From contig NIVC01001984.1 in NCBI GenBank assembly GCA_002269645.1, positions 124,001 to 188,000 on the forward strand: 64,000 nt of DNA. The letters run 5' to 3'. Under the pieces are notes generated by a model. It did not search any database. It saw nothing but the letters and a program-made list of their open reading frames with translations, and was not told where the DNA came from. Below are positions 12,351-25,913 of the stretch, one piece after another. Every line of letters begins with the position of its first letter. Position 1 is the stretch's first letter. Source of the DNA: Macrostomum lignano. Its lineage: Eukaryota. The translations under genes and the position numbers were made by a program.

Positions 12351-13078
12351 GTCTACTAAAAGTTTCCAAGATTTTTGTTATTATTTCAGTTTTTTAATCA
12401 TACATTAAAACTTTATTCTGTAATGAAATTTAAAAATTGAATCATATTTCTGACTTTTTTAAGTTAAGGACAGTACAGGATTTTTCTGTATTACTAGGAG
12501 CAATCCATGTAATAAGTACTCAGGTGCTCAGTGCTCAAACCACGTATCACAAGTTATATTTTCAGCAAGTTTTAAATTTGCACAGGTACCAGAATTCAAT
12601 ACAAACTTCGAACTAGATTTATAGAGATTGAACAAGCGCTTTAAACAGTTTATCACGTGATAATGATAATTTTCTGCAAGTACTGCAAGGCAGCTACATG
12701 TTTCTGTGTGCATTCAAAGGTCGATCAAGTTAGTTTACGATCAAGCTCTTTTACATGTATATCTGAATAGAATTCTGTTTTAGCTGTGACGCAGAGATAG
12801 AAAATTATAAGTACACCCAGAGTTGTAAAGACTATACAACTATGGACTAGCAAACTAATTCTAGTACAGTACCATTATTCCAGCATTGGAACTACAAAAA
12901 AGCATTTACAATCTTAGCTTAGCTACTGACGTTCCAATTGAAGCTAATTATAAAAACTTTTATCAAGAGAACCTCATATAATTTCAAATTAACAAAGCCT
13001 GCATTTAAATACTGTATTTAGGTGATCGTTTATGTCCATGAAAATTCTCTAAGATAGCCTTATGCTTTACCAAAGACG

Positions 13079-14324
<1,246 letters not shown>

Positions 14325-14899
14325 TGCATGTATGTCCTCTGCGTCAATGCCTGCGATATTACCTTAACTTAAACTATTATGCAGTTAAAGGTGTGTTAAA
14401 GGGACTCGATATATACGGCTATAAGATGCTGCTGACAGACCGCACTCATGGTGCCCGCCGGCAGTTTGAGGGCGAGCGGATCGAACGGTAGAGGAGAGCG
14501 GAGAGGAAGAAGCGGATTGGGAAGAATGCTTGGCGGCACTCGTTGCCGAGGTCGTGTGGGGAGAAAGGAAAACCAAACAGTCTGGGGGAGGAGGCCGAGC
14601 TGAGTACAGTACTGTATACTGTGAGCTCTGTGGTACGCTGAAGGCAATGTGCGTGCATCTAGTCTCGCAGCTTTTCTATCCCCTCCTACAGTTGCCCTCT
14701 ACTCTATCCTTCATATTCGCGGGTACAGCGCTTCTGCTCATGCATGAATCATTGTGAAGCAGCTCACTCTGAAAGTCGCTAGTGACTAAATGTGACACAC
14801 GGTGTATTTGTTTCCCCATATCCGCATGCTCTATCATCTCAATCCCTAACTCTATTTTCAGGCGCCCTGCACAGTTCTTCTAGGATACGTTCGTAGAAG

Positions 14900-16370
14900 T
14901 TCATCCGGATCCGTGTCCCAAAAGCCCTTAGTTTTATTTAAATGACTCTTAAGTCCTGATCCCTAACTATACGCTATCTGTATAATCTTATCTGTACACA
15001 GCCGAGCACTGCATGAATACAGGAGCTGAAGCCCATAAAATGAGCCTAAATAAAGCTTTGCGCACTGACCAATAGAGAAGAGCAAAACTTTAGGGATAGT
15101 GGCCTGCGTTATTCATCAGCATTGCTGATCATGCTCAACAGGAACCGCTCTGCAAAGCTTAGGCTTAAAAGCTAATAAACGGCAGTACAAATCATGAAAG
15201 AATGTAGGGATACGTATGTCCCTTTTCCAACAGAAATTGCAATTCTATAAACTGAAGCCGTTACGCTGACGCTAAACTATGAAGCCGCTCACCCTCTATG
15301 GAAGGGACATTTCCATGAAGAAGCAGATCTGACGCCTAGCTGGGCTTCACTCCGGACCACAAGCTTCACTGGACTCCCCACATGCCCTAAAGCCAAAAAG
15401 CCATAAACTAAGTGGCCGTCCTGGCTCAGATCAAGCGCTCCGGTGGGAACTACCTGGGGGCTCACCCCTTGAAAGCTGTGGTGGATTTACACTGTAGTTA
15501 TTCATATCCGATCAGTTACGTCAGACTCGTGTGGGCCAGCGGCCTGAGTGTCAAGGGTGACCTCGACGCTCTCTATTGAGTCCAGGGCAGAGCTTGGCGC
15601 ATGACTATGCAAGAATGCCTGATCGTCAGTGCCCCTCCTCTGGATATTCAGATCAAAGGAGAGGCTCCAAAGAGCACCCGACGTTTCTTAGATGTTGGGG
15701 TGGCATTAAAAATGCGGGCCTTTAAAAAAGCATTCGCTGCCCCGCACTCTGACAGCTCTGCCTTAAAACTCGGGGAGTGTGGCGGGGCTCAAAGTCCTCA
15801 CGGAGGTACAAAAGGTCACCATTCAGCCTTGACATGAGGCGAGTGACAGCTGGAGCGATTCCAAAGTCCAATGTTGCAGTGACGGCTCAATGAGGCATGG
15901 TATTTCTGGCTTCGGTGCATGCGTACTCATCAAAGTGAGAAGCGGTGTGGAGCTACCCTGCATGGTTTCCTTGGCAACGAGTGCGTTGACTTGCTGGGCC
16001 GCAGACTCCGCCGTATTTAGTTCCGTTGGTAAGGAGGAGGCGAGGCCGACGGGTCCCCCTTGAGCGACATCACTTCGATGAAAACTACTGTATTGGTGGA
16101 ATGCGGAATGGGTGCATGGTCGATGTCTCCTGAAACAAAGTCAAGTAAGCCTGTAAGGGCACAGACAGTTCTTATAAAACCCTATGAACTCCGATGCCCA
16201 GCCACGCTGACCATAAACACTTTCTACTGTACCAGACAGATAGTTTGTGGCCCTACCGGCTGGTTCTCGGCTTGCACCCAGAGTCTAGACTCCATTGTTG
16301 TTTTAAACTTGGCCACAATATTAATAATTTCCGCTCCGAAACCAGTGGTAAATAAGTGGCAGTTTTAGCG
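14900..16370 (+). mobile_element. Decayed non-LTR retrotransposon with RNase H (I/Loa-like clade), frameshifted
   Basis: Plus-strand fragments WGLTP*KLWWIYTVVI (family motif WGLSPxxxxWLYTAIVRP), CLIVSAPPLDIQIKGEA (LPPLDxxIxxEA), RNase H CCSDGSMRHGISGFG and HGFLGNECVDLLG (GHxGIxGNExADxLA). Multiple stops. Confidence 0.7.
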
Positions 16371-17930
16371 AATCCAGCTCTAGCCATAACTCTCCACTCT
16401 CTCCTCACCAGCCTAAGCTAAAGTATTGTGTTGTGAAGAAAATTACATCATCTACAGTTGAGATGAATTGCGTCACCTGGGGCTGTGATATTTTCGGGTG
16501 GAAACTTTAACATGTCGCTGGATGTAAATGTGTCTATTTAACATTTTACTTCGTCTGTACATGCAAAAAGCCAAAGTCATATTAGGTAGACAACTATATA
16601 GCTCCATACGCAGCATCTATACTCTTATTTTAGTTGATTCGAGATGAAGTTTTGTTTAGATATGGTTCCGCTTAAATTATGAAAACAGTGACTGAAAGTT
16701 CAACAAAGCAACAAACTATTAACAGTAGAAAGACCACGCTATTCTTCCCCAATATGGGCAAACATTTTTCCCCATAATATGCAGACATGCCTGGTTTGGT
16801 GCCTCGATAGAAAAATCACGATGTTGGCGGTGTCAGCTCGTCGGGGCTGCGTGGTGGCACTCGGTTGAAGGTCCCGAAGGTCGCCTGTATGTCTACAGGT
16901 CAGCCTAGAGGGTTGCCATCGTGCATTTCATTCACCGATTATGTCTGCTGACTGAATGCTGCATTCAGAAGAGGATTCTTCCATTTCAGTTTTGGGAACG
17001 CAGCCGTCTCTGAGATGCCGATCGGGTGCTTTTGTTGAAGGTCCTGACGGTCGCCGCCGATGCTCCAGACGGTGATGAAGGGGACCCTTTTGCCTGGGAT
17101 GCTGAGAACAAAGGCCTCTACGACAGATGGACCCAGATTATTGAGCCAATTCCGATTCACCATAAAGATTTATTAAGTGTAGTGTTGGTTGTCCTTACCA
17201 CCAGTGTCTTCAACAAAAATCGTTGAATATCTCGACGCTGCTGACGTCGGATGACTTTGAAAGTTAGTTCGTCGGAAAGGGCGGAAAATTTTGATCCACA
17301 TGGTGAACTTTTACGAAAATCGGTAAATCGGTTTGCGAGCTATCGTGAAATGGGTCGTGTGTTTTTGTAATACACCCCGTGGTCTTTCCCCATGGGGAAA
17401 AATCGTGGTCTTTCTACTGTTAACACGGAGCTACTTCTTGTCCATAATATAATTTTGGTATTGACAAAAAGTCAGCCCGTGTTCTGGATTTTCGTGTGTC
17501 TGCGTGGCTCCGTGAAAAATATTTTTTTTTTTAAAAAGAAAAGAAAGTTGCGCAGCCGTAAAGTCGTTTTTTGGTGTTGCCAGTCACTGTAAGGCATCCA
17601 TGCAAGCCTTCTTGGAAAGTAGCATGAATTATTGAAAAAAAAACTTTAAAAAAATTGATCAGAAGAAATGATCTTTAACTATTTTTGTGAGTCTACGCCA
17701 TATTCAGAAACCCAGAAAAACTTTAGACAATTTCCCTGTAGGTTTGAAGTTCTGCAACAAAAATTTAAACTATTTAAAAATGCAAATTTACACGTGGCAA
17801 AAAACTTTTTTGTATTTAAAGCTGCAAGTCTCTTTCTACTTGAATGTTCGACATACGAAGGATTTATACTCCGAATTCATTCTCCGAGGACCGAAGCGAT
17901 TATTAGATTATTAACTCCGGTATTCAAGCC

Positions 17931-19287
17931 ATGCAAAAGCGCTGCGTGCTTCTCTTCCTTGTCCTCTGCGTGTCGCTGGTTCCGTACGCCTCTGCTGCAG
18001 AGTTTCAGGTGAACTTCTTGAAGAAGCCTCCTAGCATCATGTACAACCTGTTCTATGAGAAGTACGAGCTCGATCTGGCCCTCAAAATCACTGAGGTCGC
18101 CTCGCAGAGTCCTGACGGGAAGCGGAAAGTCACCGGACTAAAAGTGATACCTGAAAATGGAATGCAAAAGCAGGACTTCGGTGCCACCGTGCTGGCTCGA
18201 GTGTCCAGCGATGGAACTTCGGGCAAACTTGTCTTCGTGTGCAGAACCTTGCACAGGTGCATGAGTATTAGGAAAAAAATCTCTGATCATCCTCTCTTCA
18301 TCCAGCAGGCTGTGCAGTTCGCGCCCTTCGGTACGCAGGGCCCCATTCCCACTCAGTTTGGTGCCGTCCGCTCTGCATCCGGCCCTGCACCCGTCCCTGC
18401 TGAGGTGGTCTTCCAGAGGCACCTGGACAACAGCCTCTCGTTCGCCCAGAACTGGCACGGCTACGTGAAAGGATTCGGAGATCCCAGCGGCAATTACTGG
18501 ATGGGTGAGTAGTTAATTATGTTTACATCGGCTCACTATAAATCTGTACGTCAATAATAGCTGAAAACTTAGCTATAAGTCGCGTATCGCTCCCAGACTT
18601 TGGCATCTCAGCTCAAGCTCAATACTCGAATGTGGTCCCTAAGCAACCAATGAATGAATCAGACTGGGAATCAAGTAACAATGATAACCAATAGCATTCG
18701 GCCACCAGAGAGAGAAGGGTATTCGATTTAGAGTGTCACTTGTATTGGCTAACAAGTGATGCATGGGTATCTTTAGCTGAAAAATCTGTATACTACAGGG
18801 GTAAAAATCAAATCAAAAAAGTTACAAACAGTTTTTATTTGAACTCCTCAATCCGACAGGTTTAGAGCAGCTTTTAGCCATGACAAAAGACCGTCATTGC
18901 CAGCTCATCTATGAGGGAGTTCGGATCGATAACGGTAAACTTATGCGTGGGACTTTCAAGCGCTTTGGGCTGCACGGAGCGGACGAGAACTACAAGCTGG
19001 TGCTCGAAGATCAGGAGCCGGGTGGTGACCTCTGGAAAGGTACCGCCGAGTATTTCAACGCAATGCAGTTCAGCACCTTTGATGCGGATAATGATAAATA
19101 TAAAGGAGAATGCACAAAGGAGCAAGGACACAATGCTGGCTGGTGGTATAAAGACTGTCATCGCTTAAATCCAAATAGTTGGATCACCACTTCTCCGAGT
19201 TTCTGCTGGAATTGGTGCTCAGCAGTTGATGTAAACAAAATAGACATTTGCATTAAGAGTACGAAGCTGTCCTTCAGCTGCAGCTGA
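17931..19287 (+). CDS. Secreted fibrinogen-related domain protein (FReD/FREP-like); exons 17931-18504 and 18860-19287
   Basis: Signal peptide; VFQRHLDNSLSFAQNWHGYVKGFGDPSGNYWMG|GLEQL; FSTFDADND, C..GWWYKDCHRLNPN. Phase-1 intron with GTGAGT and ACAG boundaries. Confidence 0.9.
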
Positions 19288-19769
19288 GACAAACGTCTGC
19301 AAGACCGGCTCCTGTTGGGGACTGCGAGATTCAACTAAAGCTTTCTGGTCTCAGTAAATAAATGAATAATAAATGACTGTTGTACCAGCCTTAACTATAG
19401 TATTCCACTGTTTCTCCGTGTTTCTTTTTGGCTATTGAAGGCGGGAGGGGGGTATGGGAGTGAAAAATCGACATAACATTTAGAAGTCCGGAAGTCTCTA
19501 TACGAATATAGGCCCATATCACGGCGCAAGTCCATCCTCAAGTTAAATCAAGTCTACGACGTAGAACATTACAGATCTAAACTTGTAGTCAACCACGAAT
19601 TATGTTAAAATTGACGGCGTGCCGTTATTGGCACAGAAATCGAAGTCAGGACAGAACCGATTGCAAGAAACTATCTACAGTAATAGCAATCGAAGCTGAA
19701 AACTTTACGCTCGTAGAAGCTTTTTCTTTGTACAATTTTGCTTTTGATGTGTACATGTAGTATTTGAAG

Positions 19770-19773
<4 letters not shown>

Positions 19774-19818
<45 letters not shown>
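19774..19818. repeat. (GT)n microsatellite
   Basis: About 22 dinucleotide units. Confidence 0.97.
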
Positions 19819-19820
<2 letters not shown>

Positions 19821-20129
19821 AGGGATGAAAGTGTTTCAGGCTCAAAGAAATGTGTCAGTGAGGAAGGAAGGTATATTTTGTAAGACCGTGGGTTGAATTG
19901 CAGAGAATAACAAAACGTGAGGAGACCTCACTGGCTCACGCCAATATATTTAATGTCAAAGTTGGGGTGGGTTTAACCACCCTAAGCACGCACACGCCGC
20001 AGCACTAAACCCCAACCCCCAAACCAGCCAGACGTGCACATCTAAGTGCACGCGCACCAACAAGCCAGACTACAATTTATTCGGAAGAAACTAATGCGTC
20101 AGGAGTGAATGAACGCCTCAGCGATGAAG

Positions 20130-20915
20130 TAACAACAACAACAACAACAAAGAACTCCTTCCACCGACCACACGAAGTGGCCAGAAGGAGGAGGAGTCAG
20201 ATGGCACTCCGATGGGCCAGGTCCCTCAGAAAGTCACACCCGCCCGCCTGGTCAAGGGCCTTTCGCCCTTGGCCTCGCCTGCGCGGTCCCTGCAGCTGAA
20301 GCAGCAGCACGTCATGCAGCGGCTCCCGGCAGCGAGCTTCCGACAGGATGACGTGGCCAGCCAGTCGGCGTCGTCGCCCGCGCAGCAGGTCAGAAGGCCG
20401 CGTCAGGCTTGCCCTCTCATAGAGCGCGGCGTTCGTCTCGGTGCCTGGGCCGCAACGAACTCTAAAAGCAGCACACAGCATGGCCGCATGCGCAGCGTCC
20501 AGCTGCCCCTCTAAGGGCGTCCGTCAGGGTCCAGGTCTCTGCGTTGTACAACAGGATAGTCTCAACGACTGCCTGGAACAGCTGAGACCTGAGCCATCCA
20601 GGGCCCCAGAGTGCAGCACAGCGCACAGTGCGGAGAGCAGCCCAGGCCAGTCTGCGCCGTCTCGCCAGGTCGCCGGCGTCATCTGGAACGAGGCCGTCGA
20701 GGAACACGAAGTGCCTGCTGCGGGGTAGCGAAGTCACTGGGCAGCGGTTCCTCATGAGTAGATGATCTCGGCCGGCAAGTCCGAAGGGACCGTGAATACT
20801 TTGGTCTTCTGCGCAATCGGCGTGAGTCCGAACCGCGCCGCTGTCACCGTCAGACCAACCAGCAGCCGTTGGGCGCCTTCGGTCGTCGATCGGACAGCAG
20901 CGTGAGGTCGTCCGT
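20130..20915 (-). mobile_element. 5'-truncated, decayed RTE-type LINE (RT thumb/C-terminal region) with a short (GTT)n 3' tail
   Basis: Minus-strand peptides DLARRRRLAWAAL..LFQAVVETILLYNAETWTLT..TNAALY..RPSDLLRGRRRRLAGHV match RTE-clade motifs (ESVLLYGSETWTL, TNxELY, RRLRxAGH). AAC repeat at 20130-20150 lies at the 3' end. Confidence 0.78.
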
Positions 20916-20916
20916 G

Positions 20917-21037
20917 TAGACAGACAGACACTAAGACAGACAGACAGACAGACAGACACTAAGACAGACAGACACTAAGACAGACAGACAGACAGACAGA
21001 CAGACACTAAGACAGACAGACAGATAGACAGACAGAC

Positions 21038-21094
<57 letters not shown>

Positions 21095-21124
21095 GGAGAC
21101 AGACAGACAGACAGACAGACAGAC
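20917..21124. repeat. (CAGA)n microsatellite with CACTAA interruptions
   Basis: Direct reading of the sequence. Confidence 0.97.
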
Positions 21125-21129
21125 ATCAT

Positions 21130-21620
21130 CAGAGAAGTCAGGGCATCCACTGCTTCACTGACAGTCTGTCTATGTGCGAAGGCAAGGGTGTGGGGATCCT
21201 GCAAGAGTCTTCATCTTAGTGTAAATGGCTTGGTTTTTCTATCCGAAGTCATGGCCATCAGCCAATGTGCTGAGCAACTACACAATGCTAACATCATGGT
21301 AGCTTTGACATAAATTTATACTCTGACAGTCAGACCGCTATAAGGCCTTGTTCTCTACCAAGCTGTCAGCTGTCTCTTTAAGTAATATTGACCTCAGAGG
21401 ACATACTCGTACATGTATCTCACTACAAAGCTGTTTTTTCTCCTATTTGCCCCTATTGTGGCTTAGAGAAGGAAAATCCAACGCACCACGTCACCTCGGC
21501 TGTCCCGGTAAGGTTAAACGAATCTGCGGTCTGCCTGCGCGGATTCTTCCGGGATTTCTGCTGCTGGCGAGGATAGGAGCAGTCCCAAGGCTAATAACGC
21601 CTTTCTGTTTTTTTTAGCTT
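21130..21620 (+). mobile_element. Decayed LINE fragment: RNase H and C-terminal zinc-knuckle region (I/Loa-like)
   Basis: Plus-strand EVMAISQCAEQL, NLYSDSQTAI (RNase H SDSQAAI motif) and ICPYCGLEKENPTHH (CxxC..ETxxH). Confidence 0.6.
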
Positions 21621-23282
21621 GGGGTTGAGATCAAGGACGACTCAAGCTTTCCGTTATTTCCGTTGAAGGACGGAAAACCTTGTTTCTTAGAAAATTGAAG
21701 AAAGGTTTTTTTTCTCCGAAAAAATACACTACGGAGATAGGAAGTTTTCATTTTTTCAGCACAAAAATTGTTATTGCTTTTGATAGGAGGCAGATCCAGT
21801 GTTCATCTTTTGATATGTTGTGCCTTTTTATTGCTCTATTGATATTCATCAAGCTTTTCGTTCAAAGAGTTAGGACTTTATGTGAATTTTTTATTCTACG
21901 TACATTTGCATGTACATGTATCTTGTGCCTAAAAAACCATTAAAATGGCACAGCTCAGCTCTTTGGTTTCATGAGTCTATTTTATCATTCTTAGCTGACT
22001 GTATAACAAATATTTGTAACAGAGATGATAAAATAGATTTATAAAACCAAAGATTCGAGCTGCGGCATGCATTTTTATGATTTTTAGGTACAGAAAATGT
22101 ACGTAGAATAAAAAATTCACATAGAATCCTAACTCGTTGAACAAAAAGCTTTATGAATATCAATAGAGCAATAAGAAAGGCACAACATATCAAAAGATGA
22201 ACACTGGATCCGCCTCCCATCAAAAGCAATAACATTTTTTGTTAGCAGAGATTGGGGCCTAATGTACTAAAATCTTTAAAAGGATTATGGAAGAAAACAG
22301 CTTTCCAGGAAACCGACGACAGAATTCAAAGACGCATCTAATTAAGATTTATAAATTAGATAAAATGCATCGATCAAGTAAGTGTTTTTCTGTATTGAAT
22401 AAAAAAATAATAAGACTAACTTAACCTGCCGCTGATGAAAAATTCAAGTAAAAAATAATAAAATGTGTTTTTTTAATTCTAACGTACATGCATGCCATTA
22501 TATATGGTCATTTGAAAAATCATTTTCGAATTATAATCGGTCGGTATCCAATATTGAGTAGTTTACTAGTTTCCATTGGTTTTCTTCGCTTTGTATGGCG
22601 ATAGCTGATTTTCTGAAATTAAAAGTTTAATGTAAATTCCTTTTAGTTGACTATATGCAGTTACTTTATTGTAAAATAATTTATAGCAAACTTGCAGTGC
22701 CGTAAACAATTTAAGTAAAACACGAAACTTTATTTTCCAAATTGTACTGCTCATAAAACACAAATCGCTTTTGTTTAAATTAGCTATATTAATTATTCAG
22801 TTTAGTTAAAACAAAAATCATGACTATACAAAACTGTTTTGTTCATAATTGTATCTATTAAAATGGTAAAATATTTTTGTGTGCAACAGGATGGAATTTA
22901 ATAAATCATCATTTTAAACAAAGAATCATGTAAACGATTTCAATTATTAAATTCATTCCAATTAGCTAAAGTCAGCGTCTTTGAAGTCTGTCAAATAGTG
23001 AAAGGCAACCTGCAAATTTAAAGAGGGCGCTGTACTTTGGCCGAATTGAGGAGAACATTTTTATGTAGCAAGTCATGCTTTTAAATAAAAAAATACTTTG
23101 TTTAGGTTTTTTAGAAAATATAACTTACCTGACAACTAAAAAAGCTAGTGTCGACAACAAATCAAATTAAGCTTGAAATTGCCACTCGCTTCACCAGTGA
23201 GCGTCCCAGATGTTCCTGTGCCGGTTCGATGCGGTTAAAAATATCCTTTATTAATAGGATAGGACTGTGATCAAATACTCGT

Positions 23283-23700
23283 AGCAGGATCTGGGAGGTT
23301 GGCCCAGCAAATGAGGATCTGGGAGGTTGGCCCAGCAACTGAGGATCTGGGAGGCTGGCCCAGCAACTGAGGATCTGGGAGGCTGGCCCTGCAACTGAGG
23401 ATCTGGGAGGCTGGCCCAGCAACTGAGGATCTGGGAGGCTGGCCAAGCAACTGAGGATCTGGGAGGCTGGCCCTGCAACTGAGAATCTGGGAGGCTGGCC
23501 CAGCAACTGAGGATCTGGGAGGCTGGTTGCCCAGCAACTGAGGATCTGGTAGGCTGGTTTATCAGCAACTGAGAATCTGGGAGGCTGGCCCAGCAACTGA
23601 GGATCTGGGAGGCTGGTTGCCCAGCAACTGAGGATCTGGGAGGCTGGCCCAGCAACTGGGGACCTGGAAGGTTGGCCGAGCAACTGACACTTGGAGGCTG
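23283..23700. repeat. 28-bp minisatellite (GGCTGGCCCAGCAACTGAGGATCTGGGA)
   Basis: Tandem units directly downstream of the FAIM stop codon. Confidence 0.93.
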
Positions 23701-23716
23701 GCCCAAAAACTTCGAC

Positions 23717-24965
23717 TCACATCTGATCCACGGCAGCCTCGGGTACTTCATTGTTCCCATAGTACATGGTGTACTTTAATAGCTTTCGACGACCAGCAGC
23801 AGAGGTTGCGCTGTTGGTCACTCGAATCATACAGGGCGTTCCTCGAAGCTCAAAGTGGGTCTCAGATCCTTCATCTGTGAATTCACCCTGAAAGGAAACG
23901 TAACGTACGAGAGTTGGACTGTAAATCAACTTAATCATTGTTCATTGAAGTATTCTCAAACATAATGTTGTAAACATGCAGTATGATAATAGGTTAAAGC
24001 AGAATCCAAAACAAGAGCTCACCATGCTATCCAACTGCTCCCCATTCGAGTAAACTTCCATGCTGTCAAGCCGCAGCACCACGCGAAGAGACTCTCCATC
24101 CACAGGCAGAATCCAGCATTTCAACTGTTTCGCCTGATTCGCCAGGAACTGTTCAAATGGCAGACCGTTCACCAGGAGAAAATATCCATAATCCATAGAG
24201 CTCACAGTCTTAATTTGAACTGTGCAGTGGGCCTCGCTGCCAACTTTGAAATGTTCCTCGCCAATTAGCGCGAATTTGAATTCTTGCCGACGAATGCACT
24301 AGTGATTTTAAACAAATAAATAAATAAATCATTTAGATGGAAATTTTTACTCTTAAATGCAAAGTCTAGTCAAAATTTAACCTGATTATAGCTGAGAAAA
24401 TCAGGGGCAGAGTCATAGTCAGAAATAATGTCGCGCAACCTTAACTAAAATGGCGCCCCCTCAGCTGAAATGGCGTCCCCTTCGACTGAAATGGCGCCCT
24501 TCAACTGAAATGGCGCCTTCTCGAGAGAAATGGCGTCCCACTCAACTAAAATGGCGCCCCTCAACTGAAATGGCGTCCCTTTCGACTGAAATGCGCCCCT
24601 CTCGACTGAAATGGCGCCCCTTAACTGAAATGGCGCCCCTTAACTGAAATGGCGCCCCTTAACTGAAATGGCGAGCTCCTTAACTGAAATGGCGCTCCTT
24701 AACTGAAATGGCGCTCCTTAACTGAAATGGCGCCTCGCCATTTTAAAACAGCGCCCCTTTAACTAAAATAGCGCCACTTCAACTAAAATGGCGTCACTGT
24801 AGAAAAAAAACAGTCTGTACCTAGCCAACCTACCTTTCCATTAATGAAAATGGCGCGCGTTCCCGAGGCAGTGCCATGCTCAAACTCAACTGTGTACACT
24901 CCATCGCTAAGTGGAATCTCCCACTTGGCCACTATTGATGGTGTGGATAATTGGCCTGATGACAT
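23717..24965 (-). CDS. FAIM: Fas apoptotic inhibitory molecule homolog; exons 24965-24834, 24298-24023, 23887-23717
   Basis: VAKWEIPLSDGVYTVEFEHGTASGTRAIFINGK|CIRRQEFKFALIGEEHF..WILPVDGESLRVVL..MEVYSNGEQLDSM|GEFTDEGSETHF matches the recalled FAIM signature (WDVALSDGVHKIEFEHGTTSGKR..GEFVDDGTETHF). Both introns are GT-AG, phase 0. Confidence 0.93.
24445..24795. repeat. ~20-bp AACTGAAATGGCGCC-core minisatellite in FAIM intron 1
   Basis: Same family as the 34335-35762 array. Confidence 0.9.
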
Positions 24966-25913
24966 TGGGTTAAACTGGAAAGAAAAATTTTTAATACGAT
25001 TTTTTGCTATTCAGATAAAATACAATTTTAGTTTGTTATAAAGTTTGTTAAATATAAAATGCTTTAAGTTTACTAATATAATATTTTATATTATGATATT
25101 ATTACCAACTATCTAAATTAACTTGTTAAGATTGTAAAAAACAAAAACTATCCAAGCAGAAGTCAATATTTGGAAAAGTAGCTGCAGCAAATAAAAAAAA
25201 GCATGTATGTAAAAAACAAAGACACATTTTGCACCTAGTCAAAGTCTCTGAAAGCCAACTGCTTAGATAAAAGATCCCAAGATGTTGAAGGCCCTTCTTA
25301 TTATAGTAATTGAGGCATTAAAAGAGGGTAGTATATTAGAACAGTCTACATATAATTTAGAAAAATGCTTAGGAAAAAACATTGTAATCTGCAATTTAAA
25401 TCGCCTAAATAAAATACTGCCCGGCAGAGAAAGTTATAGCAGCATAATTTTCGAGTGATTCTCGAGGAGATTGAAAATAAAGAAATTTATAGTTTAGCTA
25501 CTGATTTATTATAGATTTTACAGATTTTAAATACTCACAGAAGCAGATGTGTTTGAGTGAATTCCCAGCAGATAGTGTTTGGCTGGTGCTACATTGCAAG
25601 TGCAAATTAAATTAATATAATAAAATGAACTTGTTCAAACTAAGCAAGCGCCTCATTTCATATCTAATTTTCCGTCTAGTTAAAAAGTACTTAGGCTTTA
25701 TAAAAATAAGATTCACAGATGAAAACAGAGTTCATAAATATTTTCATTTATAACTAAAAATCAAATGTTTATATATTGTTTATCTGACAGCTGCGAAAAA
25801 ATAAATTGGCGCTAATTTAAGAAGCGTAATAAACCGATTCAATTCTCATTTTGGAAAAAGAACGCCTCACTATAGTTGTCCTTTACTGAAGCTATTTTAG
25901 ATATTCGAATCAA

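Noticed and set aside
16939-17226. Short ORFs on both strands near 17 kb
   Set aside because: No recognisable motif or splice partners; possibly TE debris, unsupported.
17383-17402. 16-bp palindrome TTTCCCCATGGGGAAA flanked by CGTGGTCTTT direct repeats
   Set aside because: Single short instance with no supporting context; cannot be assigned a function.
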